40,308 nt of DNA from the sequence record MN850616.1. The stretch is one strand, 5' to 3'. Shown here in pieces: positions 17,807-26,491 of this stretch. A program made the translations under genes and the position numbers. This stretch comes from Escherichia phage buks. Every line of letters starts with the position of its first letter. The first letter of the stretch is position 1. The notes under the pieces were generated by a model. It saw nothing but the letters and a program-made list of their open reading frames with translations. It did not search any database and was not told where the DNA came from.

Positions 17807-17809
17807 TCG

Positions 17810-18268
17810 TTACTTAGATTCTGAGACCTTAGCCGCTTTACTTACCACCGATATCCCGTCAGCATCTACCGCCCTGACGAAATACTCCCCCGGGTCTTTA
17901 ACAGTTAGTTCCCCTTCAACATAAGGGACGTTGATTACCTCTTTACCATTTTTAAACCATTGCAAATCGTAGGGCGCTTTGCCACCTTTCACGACTACGG
18001 TTAGTTTAGCGGAACCGTCTTTCAATTCTACATCTGCTGGCTGTGTGTCGAAGTACACATCACCTGCTCCGCCCAGATACGGCACTTCGTACAGGATACC
18101 GGCAGGGATTGCTACCAGTCCGGTCTTATCAGCGAACGGCATTTCATCTACCGACTCACCAAGAACAGATTCATCTTTAATGTACACAACACCTTCGCCC
18201 GCGCCGGACACACGGGAGTACTGAACTACACGTCGTGAAGGCACATCTTTAACTTTGAAAAAGCCCAT
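17810..18268 (-). CDS. Ig-like domain protein
   Basis: 152 aa; C-terminal ...KLTVVVKGGKAPYDLQWFKNGKEV...GEYFVRAVDADG... Ig-like pattern; starts 2 nt after the head morphogenesis gene; followed by a terminator. Confidence 0.5.
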   Translation of the reverse strand: MGFFKVKDVPSRRVVQYSRVSGAGEGVVYIKDESVLGESVDEMPFADKTGLVAIPAGILYEVPYLGGAGDVYFDTQPADVELKDGSAKLTVVVKGGKAPYDLQWFKNGKEVINVPYVEGELTVKDPGEYFVRAVDADGISVVSKAAKVSESK

Positions 18269-18270
18269 CT

Positions 18271-19314
18271 CTATTCCTCTTTCAGATAATCGGCAACACG
18301 CTTATCGAGTTCCGCCATCTCTTTAAGAGTTAGCGGACGCCCGAATCCATCTACCGATATTACACGAAATTCTTCTGCGGTTATCCCACTATTACGAAAA
18401 ATCTTACCACGGACGGGGCCGAGCGCTTCGTCCTGGAACCACGCCGGTTGCTGTTTAAGGAACTCGTAGTAGGACGTGTCCGCGCTTACCTGCTTACCCC
18501 CATCCGCGCCCCTGGCCGCTCGTTTTGCGCCCTTATCCAGGAAATCGAATTCTGAGCTTATTACCGGTGCCGTGCTCGACCTGCAATTCGGGTGCGCTGG
18601 GGGTAGCGGACCTTTGCCTATTTCGTACTGCATAGAATCTCGCGACCGACAAACCGCAGAAGTACGAGAGTCGAGGGTGGATACCCACTCATACTTCGTA
18701 ATGATGTCGTCGTTCTGAGCGTAAACCTGTTGCCTGGCTTCGTTGGATACGTGCGCTAGGGCGGTACGAATAACGGTAGCGGCGTTACGCTCGGAGATAT
18801 CGGCCAGTCCACCAGGCCCGACAACGTTCTTAACTATCTGCCGCGTGGTCATACCCTGTACGAACCCAGACTTAACCCCCATCACCAGGCGATTCACCTC
18901 GGTTTGCCGCCAGCCATTCATTAGCGAAACAAAATCAACCGGTTTTTCGCTTAGTTCAAGTGGCGCGAAAGTCGCAGCGGCCCACACCTGCTCCGCAGCC
19001 GGTGTTACAAAGTTAGCATTAACGTTGGTCGACAATGTTTTTACATTCCAGTTAACCTCATAGTCGGAAAGCTCACGGGCGTCGGCCAGTAGCTTCTCAT
19101 ACCACCCGGACGTAATTCCGTTCAGTGCTTGCTCAAGTTCCCGCAGCATGATGGTGAGTCTCGCTGCCGTTCTGCTGTCATCGCCAAACAGCAGCACCTG
19201 TCGCTTAACCTCATCACGCATTTGCGAGATAAATGGCGCCAGGTCTTTCACTTCGCCGGATGCGGTACGTTGTAACCATATCTGATGGCTGATAATCGAT
19301 TCTAAAAGACTCAT
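18271..19314 (-). CDS. Head morphogenesis protein (Mu F / SPP1 gp7 family)
   Basis: 347 aa; C-terminal motif ...STLDSRTSAVCRSRDSMQYEIGKGPLPPAHPNCRSS... typical of the Mu-F-like minor head protein family; ATG 19312-19314 with GGGAGGGG RBS. Confidence 0.8.
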   Translation of the reverse strand: MSLLESIISHQIWLQRTASGEVKDLAPFISQMRDEVKRQVLLFGDDSRTAARLTIMLRELEQALNGITSGWYEKLLADARELSDYEVNWNVKTLSTNVNANFVTPAAEQVWAAATFAPLELSEKPVDFVSLMNGWRQTEVNRLVMGVKSGFVQGMTTRQIVKNVVGPGGLADISERNAATVIRTALAHVSNEARQQVYAQNDDIITKYEWVSTLDSRTSAVCRSRDSMQYEIGKGPLPPAHPNCRSSTAPVISSEFDFLDKGAKRAARGADGGKQVSADTSYYEFLKQQPAWFQDEALGPVRGKIFRNSGITAEEFRVISVDGFGRPLTLKEMAELDKRVADYLKEE

Positions 19315-19340
19315 ATGCCCCTCCCGCCTTTGGTGTGGTG

Positions 19341-19348
19341 ATTATACA
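19341..19348 (-). promoter_or_regulatory. Candidate extended -10 promoter (TGTATAAT) for the head morphogenesis operon
   Basis: Minus-strand TGTATAAT about 25 nt upstream of the GGGAGGGG RBS of gene 18271-19314; no good -35. Confidence 0.3.
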
Positions 19349-19429
19349 CTCAACTCATCAGGGTGCATAATCAAGGCCATTTAGCCTGCGAGAAATAATC
19401 TTATTCGCTTTCATTTTGGTAGTTAAAGG

Positions 19430-19459
19430 TTGCATAACCACAAAAATTAGGAATATAAT
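19430..19459 (+). promoter_or_regulatory. Sigma70-like promoter TTGCAT-N18-TATAAT for the KilA-N-like gene
   Basis: -35 at 19430-19435, consensus -10 at 19454-19459, about 31 nt upstream of the start codon. Confidence 0.6.
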
Positions 19460-19490
19460 TTAAACGATACAATTAAGAGGAGAAAAACAG

Positions 19491-20141
19491 ATGAATGTGC
19501 AGACTTTAGAATTTCCGTATGGCGAGGTGGAATTTACACGTGATGAGTATATAGATGCCTCAACATTAACCATCCAGATGAACAGATGGAGGTTCGATAA
19601 CGGACTCCAACCAAGAAATCTTGCGCAGATACTAAAAACCGATGACTGCAAAAACTTTATGCGTGTGTGTGAGGAGGAGACAGGTATTGTTCCGTTAAAA
19701 ACATCAAGAGGGAGGAACGGGAAGACGTGGTTGTGCCTGCACCTGGCCGTGTACATTGCAGAACAGTATAGTGCGTATTTTCACTTCCTGGTTATAGACC
19801 GATTTATTACGCAACGGCAGGTAGAGCTGCGTAACATTGGTGCGGTAAGCTTCGTGGAGCTTAATGCCGCCGTTAGTAGGATGATTGAACGTACAGAAGG
19901 GCGGATAGGCCATAGTGGACATTTCATACAGGTAGCGAAAGCAATCAAGGAGTCTATAGATATTCGTGAAGTCACAGGTTTTGATACATGGGACTCCCAG
20001 GACGCAAAAACTAATCAATTGCGGAGCGAGATTCAAAAGTCTATGGTGACGTTGTTGGATATGGAAGCAGTCAACTCGTGGGATGAGCTTAAAGAGACAA
20101 TACCGCGTGTTGTTCGCAAATGCGCGGCAAATATATGTTAA
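19491..20141 (+). CDS. KilA-N-like DNA-binding domain protein
   Basis: 216 aa; strong promoter and AAGAGGAG RBS upstream, terminator downstream; segment ...GKTWLCLHLAVYIAEQYSAYFHFLVIDRF... resembles the KilA-N pattern; opposite orientation to the flanking structural genes. Confidence 0.55.
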   Translation: MNVQTLEFPYGEVEFTRDEYIDASTLTIQMNRWRFDNGLQPRNLAQILKTDDCKNFMRVCEEETGIVPLKTSRGRNGKTWLCLHLAVYIAEQYSAYFHFLVIDRFITQRQVELRNIGAVSFVELNAAVSRMIERTEGRIGHSGHFIQVAKAIKESIDIREVTGFDTWDSQDAKTNQLRSEIQKSMVTLLDMEAVNSWDELKETIPRVVRKCAANIC

Positions 20142-20170
20142 AACTAAGGCCCCGTCATGGGGCCTTTTGT
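20142..20170. terminator. Bidirectional terminator between the KilA-N-like gene (+) and portal gene (-)
   Basis: AAGGCCCC-GTCAT-GGGGCCTT hairpin (20146-20166) with flanking A/T runs. Confidence 0.65.
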
Positions 20171-21640
20171 TCACTTCTCTTGTTGTTGCGCCGATTGAGG
20201 GATTTCCCCCTGAACCTCAGTGGCGACCGGTAATGGCTGGTCCGCCACAGCGTCCTTAATATCAGCGTCTGTCCAGTCGGTGACACCGGCCTTACGCAAC
20301 GCGGCATAGTAGGCCGTGGCGGGCAGCAGCCCGGCGTTAATGTCCGCCATCCATGCAGCCCGGTCTTGCGCGGTCATAGGTTGCAGGAAGAAATCCATGT
20401 TAAGGCGGAACTCGACTTCCGTATCTTCAGGTTTACCGAGCATTATCGCCACCCAACGTAAAGCATCTGTATACGCCTGGCTTACGTTACGTGCGATTGT
20501 TGCCATGACGGACGTATCCGCGCCGCGTTGGATGCGTGCCGATTCTGCGGTAATTTGCTGAGTCGGGGTGATAAGCTGCGCACCAATCTGGATAGCCTGC
20601 TGCTCTTTATCCAGCATATTCTGGCGGGCAAGGTTGTTCTCGCCTGCCTGGATAAGCTGAGCGCTACCGCCATATCCCAGGTTATGCCCACACCGACTAC
20701 CAAATTTGATACCGTTAGGGTTCGCTTCCTTGAATGATTGAGGTGTTAAGTTCTCGCCTGGGTAGATAAACAGGGTCGGCTGCCCAACAACGAAGCTGGA
20801 TTCTTCGTTGTCCGCGCTGTTCCTGTAGTGCCCGATGTTAAGTTCCGCGAGTGGTAGTAGCGGAGCGTCGTCAATGGTGGTGTCGTTATTGGTCGCCCCA
20901 ATAAAGGTAAACGGAATTACCCCTCGTAATGATTCCCCTAAGTCCGGGTAAATCTCCACGACGTCTTCCTGCGCACCACCTTCGGCATCGAAACGAAAAA
21001 GACGTTGACGGTAGTTGCCGTCGGTATCGATGTCCAGGACCCGGTACTGTTCCCCATATTTTGTTTCGAACTCGTTCCCCGGTTCGTTGTACTCCCATGT
21101 CTCGCGCAGCACAACCATAGTTACCCGGTTTACAGAACCTACACGCGTGAGTCGCCAGTTAACGATATTCTCGGTAGTGTAGAAAGCGATTGTAGGGTTA
21201 AGCAGACCTGCGTTCTGTTCAGCCGCCGTAGCAGCGCCGGTTTCCGGAGCGTCGACGAGAAGACCACCACGACCTACCGAGTCAATCTCCATGAGTGTAT
21301 CTTGTGCGTGCTGTATCAGGCCTACACCAGACCCATCCGCATTTTTAAGCAGGTATTCCAGCTCCTTCGGGATATTGATTTCCGGTTCTTTACGCATGAC
21401 GCTACCAACCATCCCGGACAGCGTGCGACGCGTGAAGTTGTATACGATGCCGCCAGCCTCGTATTCGGCCTGGCGCGCTTCGCCATAGGCTTTGTCCGGT
21501 TCGTTCAGCCCTACGTTGCGTAGATAGCCCACCAGCTCACCCGCGAGCGCGTGGCGCACCTTCTGCCATTTCGGTGCGTAGTGCAGCCATTCACGATGCT
21601 TGGTTTTTACGCCAGAACCCTGGACGTTTGCTGTTAACAT
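20171..21640 (-). CDS. Portal protein
   Basis: 489 aa ORF immediately downstream of the large terminase gene (12-nt gap), AAGAGGA RBS; size and position typical of portal. Confidence 0.8.
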   Translation of the reverse strand: MLTANVQGSGVKTKHREWLHYAPKWQKVRHALAGELVGYLRNVGLNEPDKAYGEARQAEYEAGGIVYNFTRRTLSGMVGSVMRKEPEINIPKELEYLLKNADGSGVGLIQHAQDTLMEIDSVGRGGLLVDAPETGAATAAEQNAGLLNPTIAFYTTENIVNWRLTRVGSVNRVTMVVLRETWEYNEPGNEFETKYGEQYRVLDIDTDGNYRQRLFRFDAEGGAQEDVVEIYPDLGESLRGVIPFTFIGATNNDTTIDDAPLLPLAELNIGHYRNSADNEESSFVVGQPTLFIYPGENLTPQSFKEANPNGIKFGSRCGHNLGYGGSAQLIQAGENNLARQNMLDKEQQAIQIGAQLITPTQQITAESARIQRGADTSVMATIARNVSQAYTDALRWVAIMLGKPEDTEVEFRLNMDFFLQPMTAQDRAAWMADINAGLLPATAYYAALRKAGVTDWTDADIKDAVADQPLPVATEVQGEIPQSAQQQEK

Positions 21641-21652
21641 TTAACAATCCTC

Positions 21653-22924
21653 TTAAAGTGCGAAAGTAACCGGGATATGGGATACAGGTTTAACCAACGG
21701 CATTTCGTAGGCGATAGGGTATCCTGTTGCGTCGTTCTGGTGGTCGTTGCCGCTTGTTTTATCCGGCACACCGTTTTTATCGTAAGCCTGTTGCTCCAGG
21801 CAACGCGCGGTAACCGGGCAAGCCTGCTCGTTGACCATTAATCTACCAGACTCCAGCGCTTTATTCACCGATGCTACACGGTCTTTAACTGCAGGGTTAA
21901 CTGATTTCGCACGTATCTCGAAACCTGCGTTCTGTAATTGGGCAATATCTGACGTACTGGCATCAGTCGATTTACGGTTCTTGCCGCTGGCGTCCGGGTA
22001 CATGACGATGTGGTGGCCGTGTCGTTTCCACCGCTCGGTAATCTCCCTGACCACATCTGGGGTGTCGAACATATCCACCAGCTCGGCTACCGCGTGCCAG
22101 ACATACTCACGCTGAACGTATACGGTGCTAGCCATATGCCCGACGTTGAAGTCCTGACCGATATACAGCGTTTCTCCAGGTTGTATAGTCTCTCGACTGC
22201 TGTTCTTGCGTCGGTCGTAAGCATAATACACGCTGCCGGATGTCAGGTTGACAAATTCACCATCGATGTAGGCATCGATTAACTGGCCCGGATACGTATC
22301 CCGCAGCGACTGCACATAATCTTCCGGTAGAAAGGGATTGGATGTTGTCGAGGCCTGAATCATTTCATAGCCTGGTTTCTTTTTTACAGCCCATCTGTCG
22401 TGCACAAAACGGAAGCCTTCCGGGGTCGTAAAGACCGAGACTGTATTGGCAGGTTTCGGGGTAATCGGCCGATATGTACGCGGCAACTGACGGTTACGGG
22501 CGATAACTTTGTTCCAGGCGTGCTCGGCGTGGTCTTTATTTAACGTGTCCAACTCGTCTATTTTTGCGCGGAACGATTCGTAGCCAACAATTCGCGCGGG
22601 GTTATCCAATGTACGAAGGACAAAATCCCCGAATTGCCCGGACGATGTATAGATTATGTTGTCAGATTTATTGTACTTGTAGCGAATACCCCAATCGGAT
22701 AGCTTCTCTTCCATACGAGGGGCGAGGATAAGACGCACAAGGTCATACGTCGGTTCGTACATGGCAATAAGGGAATCGCTACCGCCCTCCATGCTGTCGA
22801 GTAGGGCGGAGTTGCACATGACCTCTGATTTACCTGTGCCGAAGCCAGCGACGAAGGCCGGGAATTTACAATGCAGATTAAGGAACGCGCCTTGCGGTTC
22901 CGTAGCCGTTATATCAACGTTCAC
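21653..22924 (-). CDS. Terminase large subunit
   Basis: 423 aa; N-terminal ATPase P-loop-like FVAGFGTGKSEV; GTG start with AAGGTGG RBS; follows small terminase gene with 11-nt overlap. Confidence 0.85.
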   Translation of the reverse strand: MNVDITATEPQGAFLNLHCKFPAFVAGFGTGKSEVMCNSALLDSMEGGSDSLIAMYEPTYDLVRLILAPRMEEKLSDWGIRYKYNKSDNIIYTSSGQFGDFVLRTLDNPARIVGYESFRAKIDELDTLNKDHAEHAWNKVIARNRQLPRTYRPITPKPANTVSVFTTPEGFRFVHDRWAVKKKPGYEMIQASTTSNPFLPEDYVQSLRDTYPGQLIDAYIDGEFVNLTSGSVYYAYDRRKNSSRETIQPGETLYIGQDFNVGHMASTVYVQREYVWHAVAELVDMFDTPDVVREITERWKRHGHHIVMYPDASGKNRKSTDASTSDIAQLQNAGFEIRAKSVNPAVKDRVASVNKALESGRLMVNEQACPVTARCLEQQAYDKNGVPDKTSGNDHQNDATGYPIAYEMPLVKPVSHIPVTFAL

Positions 22925-23420
22925 CGGACACCACCTTAATAGTTACTTCGCTAATTGGTTCGTCGCGCGTTTCTTCCACAACAGTTTTATTAAGCCCAAG
23001 TTTTGCTGCGGCAAACGTAGCAGATATCCCGGCGGCACCGGTCTCCGTGAAATACGCCTCTTCCAGGGCTTGTGCCGTCTCATATGCTTCGGCGAATGCG
23101 GGAACCTCTCGGAGCCATAGCTTGATAATCGGGATGGTTACACCGATGTGTAATGCGAAGCGGGCCAGCGACGGCGGTTTGTCCTGGATAAGCGGGCGTT
23201 CGTCGCCTTTAGACGTGGGTACGAGTTCCCATGACGTGCGGTCGAAGAACCGGATTAATTCGTCGCAATAGTCCGGGTCCCATAGTTCGGCGGAATGCCG
23301 GGATGACTGGTACAGACTTTGTTTACCACGCGGACGTTTACGGCGACGGTTTGCGTTAACCGCTTCTTCGTGCGCGGCAGCCACTACTTCGGCGTCAGGC
23401 TGTTTTAATTTGAGTTTCAT
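22914..23420 (-). CDS. Terminase small subunit
   Basis: Basic N-terminus plus putative HTH region; directly upstream of TerL. Start set to ATG 23418-23420 (MKLKLKQ...) with AGAGAGGA RBS; the track start at 23459 has a weaker RBS. Confidence 0.55.
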   Translation of the reverse strand: MKLKLKQPDAEVVAAAHEEAVNANRRRKRPRGKQSLYQSSRHSAELWDPDYCDELIRFFDRTSWELVPTSKGDERPLIQDKPPSLARFALHIGVTIPIIKLWLREVPAFAEAYETAQALEEAYFTETGAAGISATFAAAKLGLNKTVVEETRDEPISEVTIKVVSGER

Positions 23421-23553
23421 GCAATCCTCTCTTAAATGCGTATGACCATCATAGCGCATCAGACACCCCCTGAGCGTCTATTAAGGATTGTACAGGGGAA
23501 TGAAGGCCTGTGTACAGAAAAGCCCACAGAAGCGGGCTTGGTGGTAGGCTATT

Positions 23554-23784
23554 TTACAGTTCTACAGATGATAAATGGTTGGCCGCGGACTTAACCGCGT
23601 CTTTAAGGCTATCGTACGCGGAAGTAAAAGACATATGTACTCCTTTCGAGACAACTATAGCGCCGCCGTTAAAGTACGCTTTTGCTCTCCAGCCACCATT
23701 TACCTTATCAATAAGGATGTAGTGACTACCTTCTTCCGTTACCGTAACCGTGTTTTCGTCTATTACTTCAAATTTAGTGCCCAT
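23554..23784 (-). CDS. Hypothetical protein
   Basis: 76 aa; AGAGAGAGA RBS; followed by a terminator-like hairpin before terS. Confidence 0.45.
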   Translation of the reverse strand: MGTKFEVIDENTVTVTEEGSHYILIDKVNGGWRAKAYFNGGAIVVSKGVHMSFTSAYDSLKDAVKSAANHLSSVEL

Positions 23785-23799
23785 GTTTTCTCTCTCTCT

Positions 23800-24099
23800 T
23801 TAATCTTGCTCGTCTTTATATACCCACCACTTACCAACACCTTCCCATCGCCACCCGCGACTATGGATGGCACAGAATCTACGGCCAAATACTGTTTCCC
23901 CGTACCACATGACAAATAGCTTCACCGCGGTAGCAGCACCAATTTTATGCGCATTCAACCGGCGATACGCTAACGACATCCGGGTAAGACTAACGGCTTC
24001 AACAAACGGCCAAATAAACAAAATCCACACCAGGTATATGACCACAGCAAGGAGCAAAGTTGTAAACCCGATACCCATTAGGACTAGAAAATCATTCAT
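23800..24099 (-). CDS. Hypothetical membrane protein
   Basis: 99 aa with two hydrophobic segments and Trp-rich C-terminus; ATGA overlap with upstream gene; GGAGGGG RBS. Confidence 0.45.
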   Translation of the reverse strand: MNDFLVLMGIGFTTLLLAVVIYLVWILFIWPFVEAVSLTRMSLAYRRLNAHKIGAATAVKLFVMWYGETVFGRRFCAIHSRGWRWEGVGKWWVYKDEQD

Positions 24100-24323
24100 A
24101 ACCCCTCCAGCTTCATGCGGTCGTTGCGAGATACTCCGCGTTTCGTGTAGATGACCGGTGACGTTTTCGTATGGGTCATCAGTCGGTTGTTATAAATAAC
24201 ATGTTGCTCGCATTTTGTGTCATGGCGGTACTTGGATAATGTCATCTCATTAAGTCCAGTCTCCCGGCACGTATCCGCTAATGTGCCGTGAGCCTCTATT
24301 AGTTTCGGGATACTGGTAATCAT
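24096..24323 (-). CDS. Hypothetical protein (possible small DNA-binding protein)
   Basis: 75 aa; ATGA overlaps at both ends within the coupled micro-gene chain. Confidence 0.4.
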   Translation of the reverse strand: MITSIPKLIEAHGTLADTCRETGLNEMTLSKYRHDTKCEQHVIYNNRLMTHTKTSPVIYTKRGVSRNDRMKLEGL

Positions 24324-24469
24324 TCTTGTTCGCTCTCCTTCTCAAGTCGTTCCAGCAGCATCTTGAATGCTTCTAACTGGAATTCTTCGTTCATTGACAA
24401 ATCTAACTTATGTACCGACTCCAGATACATAATGTACTGGCGCAACGTTTCTTTGCGTACTCGTTTCAT
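24320..24469 (-). CDS. Hypothetical small protein (49 aa)
   Basis: Hand-found ORF missing from the track: [49 protein letters not shown]; its ATG overlaps the upstream stop (ATGA) and its stop overlaps the next ATG (ATGA). Confidence 0.4.
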   Translation of the reverse strand: MKRVRKETLRQYIMYLESVHKLDLSMNEEFQLEAFKMLLERLEKESEQE

Positions 24470-24699
24470 TTATTCACACTCCATCCGCATTTAAAACACT
24501 GCCAGCATTTACCTTTATCGTTGCTAACAAAATCATGCTCACACTTATTCAGATTGTATCGGTTAATAAGCTCCCGGCGATGCTCATTAAGGTAGTCTAA
24601 CGCGGCCTGGTGCGCCTTAATTTGCGCATCTACAGCTTCAATCTTAAAACGGCCGTTGGCGGACTCTACCATCATCTTTTCGTATTCGTTATTGGTCAT
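24466..24699 (-). CDS. Cys-rich zinc-finger-like protein
   Basis: 77 aa; C-terminal CEHDF...CWQCFKCGW cysteine cluster; ATGA overlaps on both sides. Confidence 0.45.
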   Translation of the reverse strand: MTNNEYEKMMVESANGRFKIEAVDAQIKAHQAALDYLNEHRRELINRYNLNKCEHDFVSNDKGKCWQCFKCGWSVNK

Positions 24700-24851
24700 T
24701 TCTTCTTACCCCACATGCGATTGAGATACTTGTTCTTGTCCGGCCCGGGGAAACTATTGCGTTTTAACAGTTCCTCGCGTGTCGGGAATGGCGTATTTCC
24801 TACCTTACCGCCCACCTTAAACGTTACCGCTACTTGCCCGTTGTCGCTCAT
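24696..24851 (-). CDS. Hypothetical small protein (51 aa)
   Basis: Hand-found ORF missing from the track: [51 protein letters not shown]; GGAGG RBS 9 nt upstream; ATGA overlaps on both sides. Confidence 0.4.
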   Translation of the reverse strand: MSDNGQVAVTFKVGGKVGNTPFPTREELLKRNSFPGPDKNKYLNRMWGKKK

Positions 24852-25006
24852 TCCTGCACCTCCCATCCGCATACGTCTACTCCATCATAATATTGTTTAG
24901 ACCGTTCCAGTTCGGCGGCGGCTTCGGCCTTTTCTTCGCTGAGATAAACACCAAGAACGTAAGTGTCCTCGTAGTGGTACCATCCGGATACGATATATAC
25001 TTTCAT
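24848..25006 (-). CDS. Hypothetical small protein (52 aa)
   Basis: Hand-found ORF missing from the track: [52 protein letters not shown]; ATGA overlap with 25003-25188 stop and with the next ATG. Confidence 0.4.
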   Translation of the reverse strand: MKVYIVSGWYHYEDTYVLGVYLSEEKAEAAAELERSKQYYDGVDVCGWEVQE

Positions 25007-25188
25007 TTTTGTTCTCCTGCATAAGCTGCTTTCAGTGTCTGCATCGCGGCGAACCAGAACGCATCCGCTGGGATTCGTGTGCTCAGGTTATTAACGGCAA
25101 TGCGTGCCATCAATTGCGCGTCTTTAAATGCTTCGGTGTCCCGTAGCGGTTTGCAATAGTAAAAAACTTTATCGCTTTGTAAGTTCAT
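25003..25188 (-). CDS. Hypothetical protein (61 aa)
   Basis: First gene downstream of promoter 25222-25250; GGAG RBS; ATG 25186-25188. Confidence 0.45.
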   Translation of the reverse strand: MNLQSDKVFYYCKPLRDTEAFKDAQLMARIAVNNLSTRIPADAFWFAAMQTLKAAYAGEQK

Positions 25189-25221
25189 CTTCTCTACTCC
25201 GTTCTCGTTGTCGATGAGCTA

Positions 25222-25842
<621 letters not shown>

Positions 25843-25862
<20 letters not shown>

Positions 25863-26130
25863 ACATCCTCCGGTATTTGTAGTAGCGGGCGCCTTTCACG
25901 CAAATATGACGCACCGATTTAAGCGCGAATACGGCGACGAGAGTCGTAATTATGAATGGCGGGATGCCACCGGTAAAGAGATGAGCTAGCCCACCGGCGG
26001 CGGTAACAACGGACGCCATATACAACAGACGACCGAAAAGACCGTCTTCAATCCAGTGAGCGTAGATATTAATTAGCGAGGTGATGATGATTGCGACCAG
26101 GCAAATAACGCCGATTGGTGAGTTGAGCAT
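25843..26130 (-). CDS. Holin (three predicted transmembrane segments, basic C-terminus)
   Basis: 95 aa; three hydrophobic stretches and charged tail KYRRMYVKPKH; directly upstream of and overlapping the endolysin gene; GGGGGAAA RBS. Confidence 0.6.
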
Positions 26131-26131
26131 G

Positions 26132-26413
26132 TTATTTCCCCCACGGTAACTTAAAGTTGCTGAGGGACGAGTCGGCGGCTTCGAATAATTTAAGCCAGAA
26201 CATACCTACACCAAAAGGAACCAGGTACTGCCCCTCAGACTGCGATAGTTCATAGTAACTTATAATGATGGGGGATGCGTACACCGCACAACAGGCAGAT
26301 GCTACGAGATGGCATAATCGCAACCACGGCGAAATAGCCTCACGCTTCTTAATCTGGGATACGGCACCCCCGGCGAGGCCCGCCACACTAAGCCAAAGGT
26401 ATTTATCGTCCAC
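26132..26413 (-). CDS. Holin/antiholin-like membrane protein
   Basis: 93 aa with hydrophobic segments; GTG start (no in-frame ATG upstream); adjacent to holin-endolysin pair. Confidence 0.45.
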   Translation of the reverse strand: MDDKYLWLSVAGLAGGAVSQIKKREAISPWLRLCHLVASACCAVYASPIIISYYELSQSEGQYLVPFGVGMFWLKLFEAADSSLSNFKLPWGK

Positions 26414-26452
26414 AATAAAAAATCTCCGAAAGTTGGTTTACCTTTGGAGATT
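26414..26452 (-). terminator. Terminator-like hairpin after the HslV-like gene
   Basis: Imperfect ~10-bp stem (ATCTCCGAAAG / CTTTGGAGAT) followed on the minus strand by UUUUUUAUU; the T-run abuts the GTG start of the next gene. Confidence 0.45.
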
Positions 26453-26491
26453 AACATTTATACGACAATTTTAGTAACAGATAATTCGGAT

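Noticed and set aside
19704-20174. Minus-strand 156-aa ORF overlapping the KilA-N-like gene
   Set aside because: The plus-strand gene has a consensus promoter, strong RBS, a terminator and a recognisable domain pattern; the antisense ORF has none of these.
22914-23459. Longer N-terminal extension of the small terminase (track start at 23459)
   Set aside because: The internal ATG at 23418-23420 has a much better RBS (AGAGAGGA); the longer form remains possible.
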